DNA of 64,000 nucleotides from Phaeosaccion multiseriatum. Its lineage: Eukaryota > Protista > Ochrophyta, other classes. The DNA is taken from positions 6,758,001-6,822,000 of the forward strand of contig OZ218950.1 of assembly GCA_965112735.1 (NCBI GenBank), written 5' to 3'. The notes under the pieces are model-generated. The model had not been told where the DNA came from. It did not search any database and was given only the letters and a program-made list of their open reading frames with translations. The position numbers were made by a program, and so were the translations under genes. How positions within the stretch are numbered: position 1 is the stretch's first letter; each line of letters opens with the position of its first letter. This document shows positions 12,901-26,119 of the stretch, in pieces.

Positions 12901-13954
12901 CGAGGTGTCCCGTGCTTGAGGTCGTGCTACAGTCCGGCCTCTCCGCACTCAAGACGCCACAATGCTACAGCGACAGCTGTGATATGCCAGGCCAGACAAC
13001 CAACCCGCGCGCCTCGTCCAAAGTCTCAAAAGCGCTTACAGCTGCTGATTTGGCCTCTGTAGAGGCATCTGCAGCCGTGGATGAGAATAGGACCAGCGTG
13101 GGCTGCACGTTAACAACAGAAAGCAGCGGTACCGGGGACGCGCAGGGCATGACAGCAGCAGCAGCAGCAGTCACCGACCAAGGGCGAGGCGAAGGCAGCT
13201 TGCCACACTCTCTCCCCTCCCAGTGCCCCGTGTGCAGCGACGCGGGGAGGATGTTGGCTGAGAACTTACCGTTCTCCTATCGGGCACAGAGCAAGTGAGT
13301 GAGTGAGTGAGTGAGTGTGTGAGTGAGTGAGTGAGTGAGTGAGTGAGTGAGTGAGTGAGTGAGTGAGTGTGTGTGTGAGGCGCTGCAGTGGCCGTGCTTG
13401 GGCGGCAGCCAACCCAATTTGAGAGGGGGGGGGAGGGTTGGTGGGTAGGTGGGGCTGTACTGTGAAATCGTGGGGAGGCCTTCCGGATGAGGGCGGACGG
13501 AAGAAGGGAAGGAGGCACACATCCGAGCGTCAGTCTCGCTTTTGTCCGCCCCCTCTCCTACTGCCAATGGCTTGCTGGCCAGTCTCGCCATTTCCCGCCT
13601 CCTCTCCTCCAATTGTACTGCCTATTGCTACTGCCTATGGCTTGGTGGGTAGTCCTATATGAAAGGAGCGAGTAAGTGGCTCTCTGCCCCTCGCTGGATG
13701 GAGACACCCGAACGTTTCGCCTCCCTCACCCCTCCCCTCCCCTCCCCTCCTTCTCCCGCCCGCTCAGCCTCATCTGCCGCATCACGGAGCGTGAGATGGC
13801 AAGTTTTGAGCCCCCTCTGGCGCTGCCCAACGGGAGGGTGTACTCCGCCCAGGCCCTCCGTGACCTTGCCGAGGCACACGGGGGGAAAGTCACGTGCCCC
13901 CTCACACAGGAGACCTTCTCCTTCGACGAGCTGAGGAATGTATACATTATATAA
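9923..13954 (+). CDS. MAEA: Macrophage erythroblast attacher / Gid9 (CTLH E3 ligase subunit), multi-exon
   Basis: 'LRVPCECLSQIFRKTQKRVNKE' N-terminus, LisH 'RRLDVWMGHYLLR', CTLH/CRA exons, and C-terminal 'LPFSYRAQS...PPLALPNGRVYSAQAL...VTCPLTQETFSFDELRNVYII'. Confidence 0.9.
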
Positions 13955-14795
13955 GTGGAGTGAATACGACGAGCGGGGGGGGGGGGAGAGGGTAGGGTGC
14001 CGCTTCGACCCTGGAATGCAATGCACATATTCGGCACGGGCGGCTTCTCGGCTCCTATCAGGGACGTCCTTGTGTAGGGGTGAGGAAGGCACTCAGATGG
14101 CACTCTAATGGGGAGGGTGGGGGAGGGGTGGAACTGCTGGAGGAGAAGTGACACGATGAAGGGAGAAGATGGACTCTGGAGGGGGGGCTGGGTGGGAGGG
14201 GAGAGAGGAGAGGCAGAGTAATGTACATGTAGAAAGAGAGACGGAGGCACAGGGAGAGACAGATGCAGAGAAAGAGACGAAGAGAGGCAGGACTTCCTCC
14301 CGAGATCGCACACGCTTTTTCTTCTCTTTCTTTTTGAGAGTCAACTTCCTGAGACCCTGTCGTAGCCCTGACACGCTTTTGCGTATCATCTATCATCATA
14401 CGACTTGCTGCGGCAATATGGCCGTGGGGCCGTATTCGACCTGTATGGCCCTACCCTGCCCGTATGCGTGCTATTCCCCTGCCCATACGTTCGCGGGGCC
14501 TGTACCAAGTATGTGGTTGGAGTAACGAAGGGCAACATTAAAAGTGAAAAGTGTCGGCCCGGAAACACCTTCCTCCTCACCCGGCTCAAGCCAACCCTCC
14601 CCCGTAGAGAAAAGCTAAGGAGGACGCTTAGTGTAACTCCCCAAGGTGGTGGCCTCTTCTTGATCAGCAGCCACTCTCAATCAGCGGCAGCCCTTTTGAA
14701 GAGGAAGCGCCGCTTTCCTCCTCGCCTTCTCTCTAATTTGAAAAACAAATCCTGCCTCCTCGGCTCTCGCGAGTCCTGTTTAGCAGCGGGGAAGG

Positions 14796-17700
14796 ATGGC
14801 GCTGGTGGACAAGGACAAGTTCCACAGCCGTATCAACCGCATCTATACGCAATGGACAAAGGGTGAGTCGCCATTAGGGGAAGTGGGGGGCGCCTTAGCC
14901 CCAAAGGACCTGCCTTCTTCCCCTCCTTCCGCAGATACACACTTGCAGTGTCACCCCTACTCTTCCTTCACGGTACCGTATGTCGTTGGCTCTACCATGC
15001 AGCGCTTTCGACAAAGGGACTCTCCTTTGCTGTCTCTCGCCCTCCGCACACTCCTTGCGCCTTGCTTCCTCCCCCCCCCTCGCTTTTCAACCCTCTTTGT
15101 GGCAATCGACACGGATTGTGTCCCGTAGACTCGTCTTCCTCTGCTCCGCTCTTCGCAAGCTTACACCTTGCTCCAGGCCCACACTCTTGTCAACGTACCA
15201 CCGTATTTTCTCCCCCATCTGATCCTTTTTCTCGTCCCTTCTCTTCCTTCCTCTTCTTCTCAACTGCCTTCCTCTCTCTTTCCCTTCCATGCCCCCGCCC
15301 CCTTCCCACCCCATCCTAACGCACACACACACATGTTTATGTATATCGCAGGAGTGTCGTCCTCCAACCCACTCTGGTCCAGCTCGACGTGCCTGTGCTT
15401 CCCCTCGAGGAAGGCGGCGGATGAGGACAGTGGGTACCCAAAGTCCGCCGCCATTCACCTGCACCTCTTCGGCATCGAGCTGTCAGACACAATCATGTTG
15501 CTGACCCAGAGCGGCAAGCTGTACATCTGCACCGGCCCCAAGAAGATTAAGCTGCTGGAACCGGTACGTGGGCTGATTACCTTGGTTTGTGTGTGCTGCA
15601 GTGAGCCAAAGGAAAGGGAAGGGACGGCTGGTGCTGCTGCTGCTGATCACAGTCGAGGGAGAGGAGAGGAATGTAGCCGGTGCGGGATGGGTATATTGCA
15701 CGCCGAGGAAGAGGGGAGGAGGGGGGCTTACGAAAGGACGGGCATGTACACCGAAAGACAGGAACGAAGTCAAACAGGCAGGCAGAGGCGAGAGGCCGTA
15801 TCCTCTCCGACAGTTCCCCAAGACCCCTCTCCTCTCTCCTGCGCACCATCACTGGTGCATGTATCATTGTACATTACACGCCAATGCCATCATCTGTGAC
15901 CCTTTGTGTGACCCCTCCTGTGACCCATCCCTCACCTCCACTCCCCTCCAATCCAGTTGGCGAAGGCGAACGGCGCGAACGGAGACAACTCTGTACAGGT
16001 AATCCTCCTCGAGCGCAGCAAGGAGGACGGAAACGCCCCCAACCACGACAAGATGATGCAAGCTATGAAGGTACCGTGCTCGGAGGGGGCGGTGGGGGGA
16101 AGGGGGAGGGAGAGAGGGAAATGGTGGTGGGAGGCGGAAGAGGGCGGGGGGGGCAATGATGCGGGAGGCAGGGAGATAGAGGCTGAAGATAGAGAGAGAC
16201 GGAGAGAGGGGGGCTAGTGAAGCAGGAGGGAGAGAGAAGGAGGAAAAGGCCTGAGGGGCGGGAGAGAAGCCTAATGTGGACCCGTCGCTTCTGTCTTGCT
16301 TTGCTTTGGTCTCTCTGCCCTCCCCCTTCTTTAGGAAGGGAGCAGCGAGGGCAGCACAGTTAAGATGGGCACCCTCCTGAAGGAGAGCTTTGAAGGAGTG
16401 GTGGTGAAGGGCTGGCTCGAGGCGGTCCAGCAGGAGGGCATTGAGAAGGTGGACGCACTGGGCGGCGTGAGCTACCTGCTCGCCGTCAAGGATAAGGACG
16501 AGGTGGAGAACATGCGCAAGGCTGCCGTGCTCAGCAACAAGGCCATGAAGCATGTATTCATTGACAGGTGAGGGAGAGGGAGGGAGGGAGGGCGTGACGG
16601 AGGGCGTGACGGAGGGCGTGACTGAGTCAGTGAGGGAGGGAGTGAAGGAGTAGGAAGGGAAGAAGTATGCGCCTTAGGGGGCAGTATACAGCAGCGTAGT
16701 ACCAACTTTCCAGCAACTTTGATTTCCTCGGAGCGGGGCTTTGCGGCCAGCTGGCGGTACTCTGCACTCAGCTGTGCCCTCCACACCCCGTGGAAGCCCC
16801 TCCCCCCTCATTTCGGCCTCCCTCGCGCCCTATCATTCGCCCTCCCTCCCTCCCTCCCTCCCTCCCTCCCTCCCTCCCTCCCTCCCTCCCTCCCTCCCTC
16901 TCTCCCTCCCTCCCTCTCTCCCTCCCTCCCTCCCTCCCTCCCTCCCCTAACCCATCCCCCCTCCAACAGGATGCAGGAGGTCATCGAAGAGGGCGTGACC
17001 ATCACGCACGAGAAGCTTGCGGAGGAGGTCGATGGTGCCATTGAAGACCCGTCCAAGATGGGCCTGAAGGTGTCCCCAGACCTCGTGGAGGTGTGCTACT
17101 TCCCCATCGTGCAGTCCGGGGGCACGTACAACTTGAAACCGTCGGCGCAGTCCACCAAGGATGGGCTCAAGCACGACCTTATCATTTGCTCTCTGGGGTC
17201 GCGCTACAAGGGGTACTGTGGGAACATTGCGCGAACGTTCTTCGTGGATGCGCCCACCAAGGTGGAACAGTGCTACAAGACGCTCTTAACGCTGCATACA
17301 AAGTGTCTCGATGAGATGCGGCCCGGGGTGACCATCAAGCAGGTGGTGGACGTGGCACACGCGTACTTGAATGAACGGCACAGCGATCTCCTGCCCTACC
17401 TCGTCAAGAGTCTGGGCTTTAGCTTAGGGCTGGATTTTCGAGACTCCTCCATGCTCATATCGGCCAAGAACACCCTCAAGCTGAAGGAGAACATGGTCAT
17501 GAACCTGTGTGTGGGCTTTCACGACGTGCCCCTGTCTGCTCGGGAGCGCAAGGGCACGCCTTACAAGATGGAGAAGTTCAGTGTCATGGTGGGGGACACG
17601 GTGCTGCTGCGGAAAGATGATGTACCGGATGTGCTGACCAAGAGTGGGAAAGAGTGGACCGACGTGAGCTACAACCTGGATGATGAGGGCGGGCAGGGCA

Positions 17701-18791
17701 GCGGTGATGATGATTCCTCGGGCAGTGAGGAGGGGGGCAAGCCAGCAGGCGGCAGGGAGGTGGTTGACCTTGACAAGGGAGGTATTGTGCGCTCGAGCCG
17801 ACTGAGGGAAAAGTCGGGCGGTGCAGAGGCCATGGAGGCGGCGGCTCAGAGGGAGGAGCGCATGGGTGTCCTTCTCAAGACCAAGGCCAAGCAGAAGGCC
17901 GCTCAAATGGCCAAGTCGAAGGCTGGGAAGAAGGACGACGCGGACGAGGAGGAGGAGGTGGAGGAGCTGCAGGTATATGGGAAACCGGAACACTACCCGG
18001 AGAAGACAATGCCCAATCAGATTTACGTGGATATGCAAAAGGAGGTGGTGTTGGTGCCGATCAACGGACAACCCGTGGCGTTTTCCATCCACACAATCAA
18101 GAATGTGGTGATGCCCGACGCGGACCAGAGGAGCTACTACCTGCGCATCAACTTCTTTGCCCCCGGTCAGAGCCTGGGCAAGGAGGCGAGCCGGGTCATG
18201 GCCAAGTTGGTGGAGAAGCACGACCAAAAGACCTTCATCAAGGAGCTCACGTACCGCGCCTTGGACGAGAGGAGCTTGGCCACATGCTACCGGCAGATTC
18301 TGGAGCTGCGAAAGCGACTAAAGACGCGGGAGCAAAAGGCGGTGGAGGAGGCTGACCTTGTGGTTCAAGCCAAGCTCATCCGACTGAAGGACCAACGCGT
18401 GAGCCGGCTTGCCGACCTGACCCTGCGGCCCAACATTCAGGGCAAAACCACCGGCGCGTTGGAGGCCCACGTGAACGGACTGCGCTACAACTCCGCCAAG
18501 GGCAGCTTGGACATTCTCTACACCAATATTCGGCACGCCTTCTTCCAGCCCTGTGAAGGTGCGGTGTGTGTGTATGTGTGTGCGTGGGAGAGGGAGAGGG
18601 AGAGAGGGAGGGAGGGAGGGAGGGAGGGAGGGAGGGAGAGACCCAGTGCGGAAAGCCGACTTTCGTCTTGCCTTTTGGCTTGCTGCTGCTGCTGCTGCTG
18701 CTGCTCTTGCTGCTGCTGCAATTAAGGCCTTGTTCCTTTGCCCTCTTCCGGCTCGCCCCTCCTCTGTGGTTCGGAGAGTCACTGCCGCCTA

Positions 18792-18840
<49 letters not shown>

Positions 18841-21313
18841 CGACCCCAAACACACACTTTTGGGCCTCCTCTGCTCTTTTCCTCCCCCCTCTGTCCTTTG
18901 TCCTGCCCCTGTGTCCTGCCCTTGCCGTGCTGCCCGCCTCTCGTGCCCCTCTCACATGTCCACCTATCATCCGTCTCTCTCCCCTCCCTGTCCCTGACCC
19001 GATGGATGGCTGTCCGTGTGCTGTGCAGGCAAGGACACTCGTGTGATTCTGCACTTTCACCTCAAGCATCCCATCATGGTGGGGAAGAAGGCGCACCGCG
19101 ACATTCAGGTCCGTCTGTCAGCCAGTCAGTAAGCCAGCCAGTCAGTAAGCCAGCCAGTCAGTCAGCCAGTCAGCCAGTCAGTCAGTCACTCAGTCAGTCA
19201 GTCAGTCAGTCAGTCAGTCAGTCAGTCAGTCAGTCAGTCAGTCAGGATATGGATTGGGCAGTCAGTAAGGAGAGATTCGTCAGTCAGGATAGGATAGGAT
19301 CGAACAGAGGGCGGGGGACAGGCCAGTTAAAGCAGCAATCAGGCGGCAATAGCAGGTGGAACTCTTCTCAGCTTATCTCTCTCTCTCTCTCTCTCTCCCC
19401 TCCTCTCTCCATCTCCCCCCCCCCTCCCTCCCCCCCTCTCTCTCTATGTATGTATCAGGTGTACACAGAAGCCATGGACAGCACTGTGAACTTGGACGGC
19501 GCTCGCCGCAGCCACTACGACCCCGACGAGATAATGGAGGAGCAGCGCGACAGGCAGCTCAGGAAGAGGCTCAACCTAGCCTTCAAGGACTTCGCCAGCA
19601 AGGTGAGTGGTCAATTTCAGCTTGTAGACCTGGTCCAATGTCCAGTATTGTAACTGACTTTCGGGATGGTCGATAATAGTGCGGATCGGTGTTTGGGTCT
19701 TGGGGATGGATCGGTAGTAAGGGTGTGATGACTATCTCATGCTTCTTTCTGTGGGTGTACCGTAACTCAAACTCATACTCAAAACTCAAATCTCAAACTC
19801 TAACTCAGGTGAGCAAGGTGGCCAAGAATCACGGGCACGACCTCGAGTTCGACATTCCCTTCAAGGATCTCGGCTTCCACGGCACGCCCTTCAAGGAAAT
19901 GGTGTTTGTGCAGCCTACCACCTACGCTCTCATCAACGTCACTGACCAGCCCTTCTTTGTGGTGCCGCTGGCTGATATTGAAGTGAGTGTGGGGGAAGGG
20001 AAGGGAAGGGAGGGAGGGAGAGGGACGGAGGGAGGAGGGGAGGGGAGGGCGCAGAATCGAGGAGCGGGCTCGGTTCGTGTGCGCTGGTCAGCAAGGGAGA
20101 GAGATGATGACTGTCCTTACGTTTCTTGGCTACTCTCTTGGTCGGCAAGACTTGATGCCTCTCACCCCCTCCCTTCCGCTTGTGCCACGCTGCACACGAT
20201 GGCTTAACATCTTATCCTTGCTCCTCCCTGTGTGTGAATGAAATGAATGTTTCTCCCCAAAACAAATCACATCCCATGTGTCACTTTTCATTAATTCAGC
20301 ACGTGCACTTCGAGCGAGTGAGCGCCACATCCAAGAGCTGCGACCTCAAGATCGTCATGACCGAAAACATGAAGGAGGAGGGCGGGGGGCAGCCCAAGGA
20401 GATCAAGATGGTGGAGCAGCACAAGTACCTCAACGTCATCATGGTAAGTGCGAGTGTTGGTGCTACAATACGGGGTATGTGTGTGTATTACACAAGTGGC
20501 GGCTCCCTCTCGTGGGGGGTTTGGCTCCCTAACTCCCTCACCTTGCCCTCGTTTTGGTTCCTTTACGCTTCTGCACCTTTGTTGCATTTTGCATCCGTTC
20601 CATCTGATCCGCTTTCCAGTCTCCCTCCCGCATTTTACATTCAATCTTTTTAATCTTGCGTAGAGAAAAGAAAGTCCACCCCTTTATGTGGCATTAAACA
20701 TGCTCTGCTTCTGCCTCACTCTCACTCTCTCTTCTGTGCTACCCTGTCACCCACCTGCTCACACACACAATGCCCATGCTTCTCCTCTCTCTCCTCCTCG
20801 CCTCCTGTCGCGCAGGGCTGGCTAGAGGACTCGGCCATAACGTACACTCAGTCGGCGCGTCCCTGGAACTGGGGCCTCTTGCTCGCAGACATTCGCAGCG
20901 ACGAGCGTTTCTATCTCGACACGGATGAGGAAGGGATGCGCAAGCCGGCAGGGTGGGCCAAGCTGCGGATGGACGGGGGGTCAGATAGCGAGGCGAGCAG
21001 TGAGGGGGAGCAAAGCGACGAGAATTATGAGATGGACGACGCGGAGGAGGAGGAGGAGGAGAGCGAGGAGGAGAGCTTCGATGAGAGCGAGGAGGACGAG
21101 AGTGATTTTGATGCAGAGGACGACTTGAGCGAGGAGGGGGAGACTTGGGACGCTTTGGAGAAGAAGGCGGCAGCGTCGGACAAGGTGCGGAACGAGTGGG
21201 ATGGAGAGGGGGATCGACGAGGAGGAGGCTCCTCGAAGAGAAGCGGCGGGGGGGGGGGAGGGAAGAGGAGCGGTGGAGGGGGAGGAGGCCCGTCGAATAA
21301 GCGCCGCCGATGA
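14796..21313 (+). CDS. SPT16: FACT complex subunit SPT16, multi-exon
   Basis: Peptidase-M24-like region 'CYFPIVQSGGTYNLK...CSLGSRYKGYCGNIARTF', 'LVPINGQPVAFSIHTIKNV', 'GALEAHVNGLRY', 'FDIPFKDLGFHG', and acidic C-terminal tail. Confidence 0.97.
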
Positions 21314-21746
21314 GGGCACACGCGTCCATCGTTGTTGGTATTTCGTGTTTGATTGGCCCGCCGGGCCCTGCTGCGCCATCCGAGAGAGGCAGAGTTTCGC
21401 AATCGCTCGGGCTCTTGAAGTTTTAGTAATGAAAAACGAAAAACCGCAATGTCGGAGCCAACTGTGACAGAAAGAATTGCCAACTGCGACGGCCGTCTCC
21501 CACCTGGTCCTCTGTCAAGCCCGCCCCCGGGGTCCCAGAAGACAAAATCCTGGAAAAAGGAGAGAAAGAAAAAACAAGGAAGGGGTGTTGTTGGCGGGCA
21601 AGAGTGGGACTGTAGCGTGGCACGGCCCTCATCTGTGCTCACAAAGCCCCAGCCTGCTGCTGTGTTCCCAATGGTGCTCTGGTTTGGGAAAAGTAGTGGC
21701 TAGGAAGGGAACAGGGAAGGAGCTGGCGAGCGCGATTGAAAGAGGG

Positions 21747-22536
21747 ATGACGACGTACTGTATTGGGGTTAGGACGGGGGTGGTGGAGGGGACGAGGAGT
21801 GGAGACCAGCGGCAAGGTATCTCCGATCTCCTCGCCATTGGAGAAGGAAACGCCAGTACAAGTGAACGGAAGACTAAGAGAGCGAGGGGCAGCAGCGAAG
21901 GCCAAAGAGCTGCCGACGACGGACGGGACGAAAGCTTGACAGTTCGCCTCGCTGCAAGGGGCACAGAACTCGGAAGGAGAGATCCCAACGGGTCTGAGAG
22001 GGAGGGGGGTGGGTGCAGGACGAGGGCCAGGGGTATCGGCAACACAGGCAATGGCACAGAGGGGGGGAGCAGCAGCAGAGGAAGCAGCGCCGGGGCGAGT
22101 GGTGGGAGCAGCCAAGAGGATGAAAGTGACCCCCTCCTCGCCCTGTTGGCGCTCGGAGGGGCAGCTGCAGAGGGCTATCCTGACGGACTGGTGCTGAGGG
22201 CGTTGCAGTATATGCCTGTAGGACCGGAGGAGGAGGGGAACGAGGAGGCGGTAGGGCAAGAATGTGAGGAAAGTGGAAGGATGATAGGATGCGGGGGGGG
22301 GCAGGACCGATTCCACAGGCACCTAAGGCGCAAGTACTGCGAAGGGTATAGTGATGGAGCACTTGCTTGTGCGTCCAAGCAGGGCCTGGAGGACGCCTTT
22401 AAGGACCGGAACAAGCAGTACAGACAGACCATGGTCAAGCGAACGGCCTACGCTGACGTGCCCGTGTTCCTCCAAGAGGCCTTCAGAATGGCCTACGAGA
22501 AGGCCTACACGAGGTGCACAAAAGACCTTGCGGTGC

Positions 22537-22610
<74 letters not shown>

Positions 22611-22691
22611 TGTGTGTGCCTCTATCTCTATGTGTTTGTGTGTGTGTGTGTGCCTCTGTCTCTGTGTGTTTGTGTGTGTGTCTGCCTCTGT

Positions 22692-22765
<74 letters not shown>

Positions 22766-24609
22766 CTCTGTCTCTGTGTGTTTGTGTGTGCGATCTCTCG
22801 TCTGAGGTCGTACGCGCTTCGCTTCGCTTTAATTGGGGGGCAGCCGGCCTCGCACAGTCTCGCTTCTTATCAGCTACTCCGACGGCCTTTACCTTTTCGA
22901 GCCCTGCTCTGACACGCCGTTGGCCCCTCCCCCCTACCAATCCCTCTTTGATTGCTCTCGTATTCTGTGCACTCCGCGCCCCAGGCGAGGTACAAGATGG
23001 GCAGGAGGGATGCGACGGAAGGGAAGGAGTTTCCGGCCTCCAAGAATAGAAACTACGCCAGCTGGCACCCGCTTCTCAAAGAGAGGTATCTGGAAGGTAT
23101 TGCCTCCATCAAGAAGCGTATGGATAGAAAAGCGGCAGCAGATGCTGCAGCGGAGGGGCTGAATCATGTCGAGCGGTGTAGGCTGCTGCACCAGTCAGGA
23201 CAAGAAGCGGAAAGAAAGAGACTGATGGGTGTTGTTGCAGGAGGTCCCGTCGGTATGGCTGATGCTGCTGCTGCTTCTACTGCCGCTGCGGCGGCCTTTG
23301 CAGCCGCCCAACGGAAGGGGCTAGCTTGTCCGACAGGGGGGGATCCAGGTCTTCTAGCAGGGGAAGGGGTAATGGGGGTGGCGAGGCAAAGGCAAGAGCA
23401 AGGGCAGTTGACCTCTCCAGTGGCAGCGGCAGTGGCAGAGGCAGTGGCAGAGGCAGAGGGCAAAGTTCAAGGGAGGGTCTCCAAGAGGCCGAGGGTGCAG
23501 AAAGAGGAAGAAGGCGAGGCAGGCGGCCTCGAGGACAGCATAAAGTCAAGGGGTGGATCTGGTGCTGTATCACCAACTCATGCTGGTGCTGTATCACCAA
23601 CTGTTGCTGGTGCTGTTGCTGCTGCTGCTGATGCTGCGACCAATGGCAGTCTACCATGGAACTGGCCGCGACAACGGCAGCATCGGAGGGCGCGGGGCGC
23701 AAAGGAGCCCATTGTGATTTCCGTGTTCAGTGCCAAGGGTGGAGTCATGAAGACAACTCATACAGTGTCTCTGGCCTTTGCCATGGCCCAAACGCGGGGC
23801 ATGAGTGTTCTGGTGTGTGACCTCGACCCTCAGGGCGATGCGACAAGGCTTTTGCTGAGAAGCAACGCCCGCAAGGCCGGATACTGGACGGAGAAGAAAG
23901 AGTGGGAGGGGGAGGACTGCGACTTTCGCGGGTACATGCAAAGGGCCATCAGCCCTGAGGAGCAAGAGCTCTGGGCGGCCAAGTATAACGTCGTAGCAGA
24001 GTGTGCCTTGCCTGACCATGACCCGAACAAGGTCAGGCTCGTTCGCAGTGTGCCAGAGGGGCACGATGTGCTGCCGCTGCGGTATCGCGTCATTCCAGAG
24101 GAGGTGGAGGTTCCAGACAGAGGGACTGGGGAGGAGAAGAAGGGCAGGGTGTGGGTGTTCGTTGGCGGTGTTCACGTGCAAGACATGGAGGAACTGGTGG
24201 CGGCCCAGGAGGGACGCAGCCAGGGGCTGGTGACTTGGCTGTGCCGTGCGACGGCCGAAGCGATCAGTGCAGACGTCTTGTTCTACGACCTATCTCCAGG
24301 CCTCTGCGCCTTTCAGAGAGAGGTGCTGATGGACTCAAGCCACATCGTCCTCGCCACCAAGCCGGATTGGTTCTCGTTCCAGGCGATTGAGTGCTTCCAT
24401 TCCAGAATGGCCGAGAATCGTAGGGTGTTTCGAAGCGTCGGAGGAGGCTATCGAGGGGTCGGCTTGTCGTGGCTCCAGCACTGTCTTCTCTCTAGAACGG
24501 CCACACCTTCTTGCCAGCAGCCAGAGGTGGTGGAGGAGGAGCGGAATGATGTTTTCGACCCACGCGATAGTCTACCCAAGGTGTTGGGCTTCATCATCGG
24601 AGGCTGCAG

Positions 24610-24673
<64 letters not shown>

Positions 24674-24918
24674 GGTGGTAGTAGTTGTAGTAGCAGCAGT
24701 AGCAGCAACGAGGCAACAGGGGGGGTTGTTGGGCCCAAAGCAGCCTCTGAGCCGGAGGGGAGCGGGGTGGCACTAGTCCCCGACGGCCACGCATCAGCAG
24801 CGAGGGAGAAGATTACCAGCGACGAGGAGACAGCCAGCTACGAGGAGAAAATTGTGACTGCGCTGGTGAGCCGAGTGCAGGCCATGCTCAGAGCGTTGGC
24901 AGACGTGCGCGTAGAGCT

Positions 24919-24956
<38 letters not shown>

Positions 24957-25468
24957 AAGGAGCAGGAGCAGGAGTGGATAGCGGGGCAGGTGGCGGTGGC
25001 GGTGGTGATGCTACCTCTGCCCCTGCTGCTGATGCTACATGCTCATCTGGTGATGATGACGCTGCTGCTGCTGCTGCTGCTCCTGCTGCTACTGTATCTA
25101 CTGTATCACCAAGTGATACAGATGATGCCCAGCACGTGCGCATGTCCTTGCCGGAACACATGTACTCGTCACTCCCCTGCCAGTGCCTGTTGGGCCGAAT
25201 CAGCCTTGCCACCCGCCCATGGCCGACCATGAGGGGAGCCTTGCTGCGGCGGCCGGAACACCTCCAGCAGCAGCAGGTCCGCACAAAGAAGGAGGAGGTG
25301 GAGGCGGAGGACGGGGGGGAGGGGTGTCTGATGCCCCACCGGGAGGAGGAAGAGGCCCGTGCGAACCGCCTGCGGCAGTACGACCAGTGCGCCGACAACA
25401 TTCTTTCGCTCGTACGCCGCCAGGCAGAGGGAGAGTCCGGTGGACCTGAGAGAGTTGACACCCCTTGA
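21747..25468 (+). CDS. Protein with a ParA/Soj-family (SIMIBI) ATPase domain; exons 21747-22532 and 22985-25468
   Basis: Deviant Walker A '[10 protein letters not shown]', A' motif '[13 protein letters not shown]', Walker B '[11 protein letters not shown]', plus '[11 protein letters not shown]' and 'PKVLGFII'. Phase-0 intron GCG|GTGCGT...CCCCAG|GCG. Start codon tentative. Confidence 0.8.
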
Positions 25469-25624
25469 CAATCGAAACGCTCTGGCCTTGAGGTCTTTTG
25501 TTTATTTTGATTTTACAATACCGCTTTTCTTCATGCCATCACTGCTGCAATGCTAATGATAATAATAGTATACACGAGTGCCAAAAAACAAAGAAAAGAA
25601 AACCAAGTATACAGCAGTAGTTGT

Positions 25625-26073
25625 TCATTTTCCCTCCTTCGCCAGCTGGAGTAACCTGGCCCGCTGCTCCTGGGCGAGGCGTTGGACGGCTGGAGAGGGT
25701 TCGTTGCTCTCCCCACCGGAGGCGAGGGCATCCATCTCCCTGAGCGCTTGCCACGTACTAGGCATGAAGAAGATAGACTGCGGCTGCTGCTGCTGCGGCT
25801 GCTGCGGCGTAGGTGGTTGGGAATGGTGACCGGCTCCTCCGCGTTGGTCTCTCCCCCTCGCCGCGGGCGCTTGCGCTTTGCCTCCTCGCGCGTTCCTCTC
25901 CCCGCGCCCCGCAGCACGCTTCGTAGAGGGAGCAGGAGCCGCTTGCGCCGAAATTTTGTCGTCGTCATCGGAGGAGGAGGAGTCATCCGAAGAGTCATCA
26001 GCAGTGGCCGAGGCAGCAGTAGCAGCAGCGGGTGGACCTCCTCGAGGGCGAGGAGGAGAAGCTGCAGCACCAC

Positions 26074-26119
<46 letters not shown>

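Noticed and set aside
23711-24600. Plastid MinD, Nbp35 or Get3
   Set aside because: The DLDPQG motif, absent targeting peptide and absent Fe-S cysteine motif do not fit these families.
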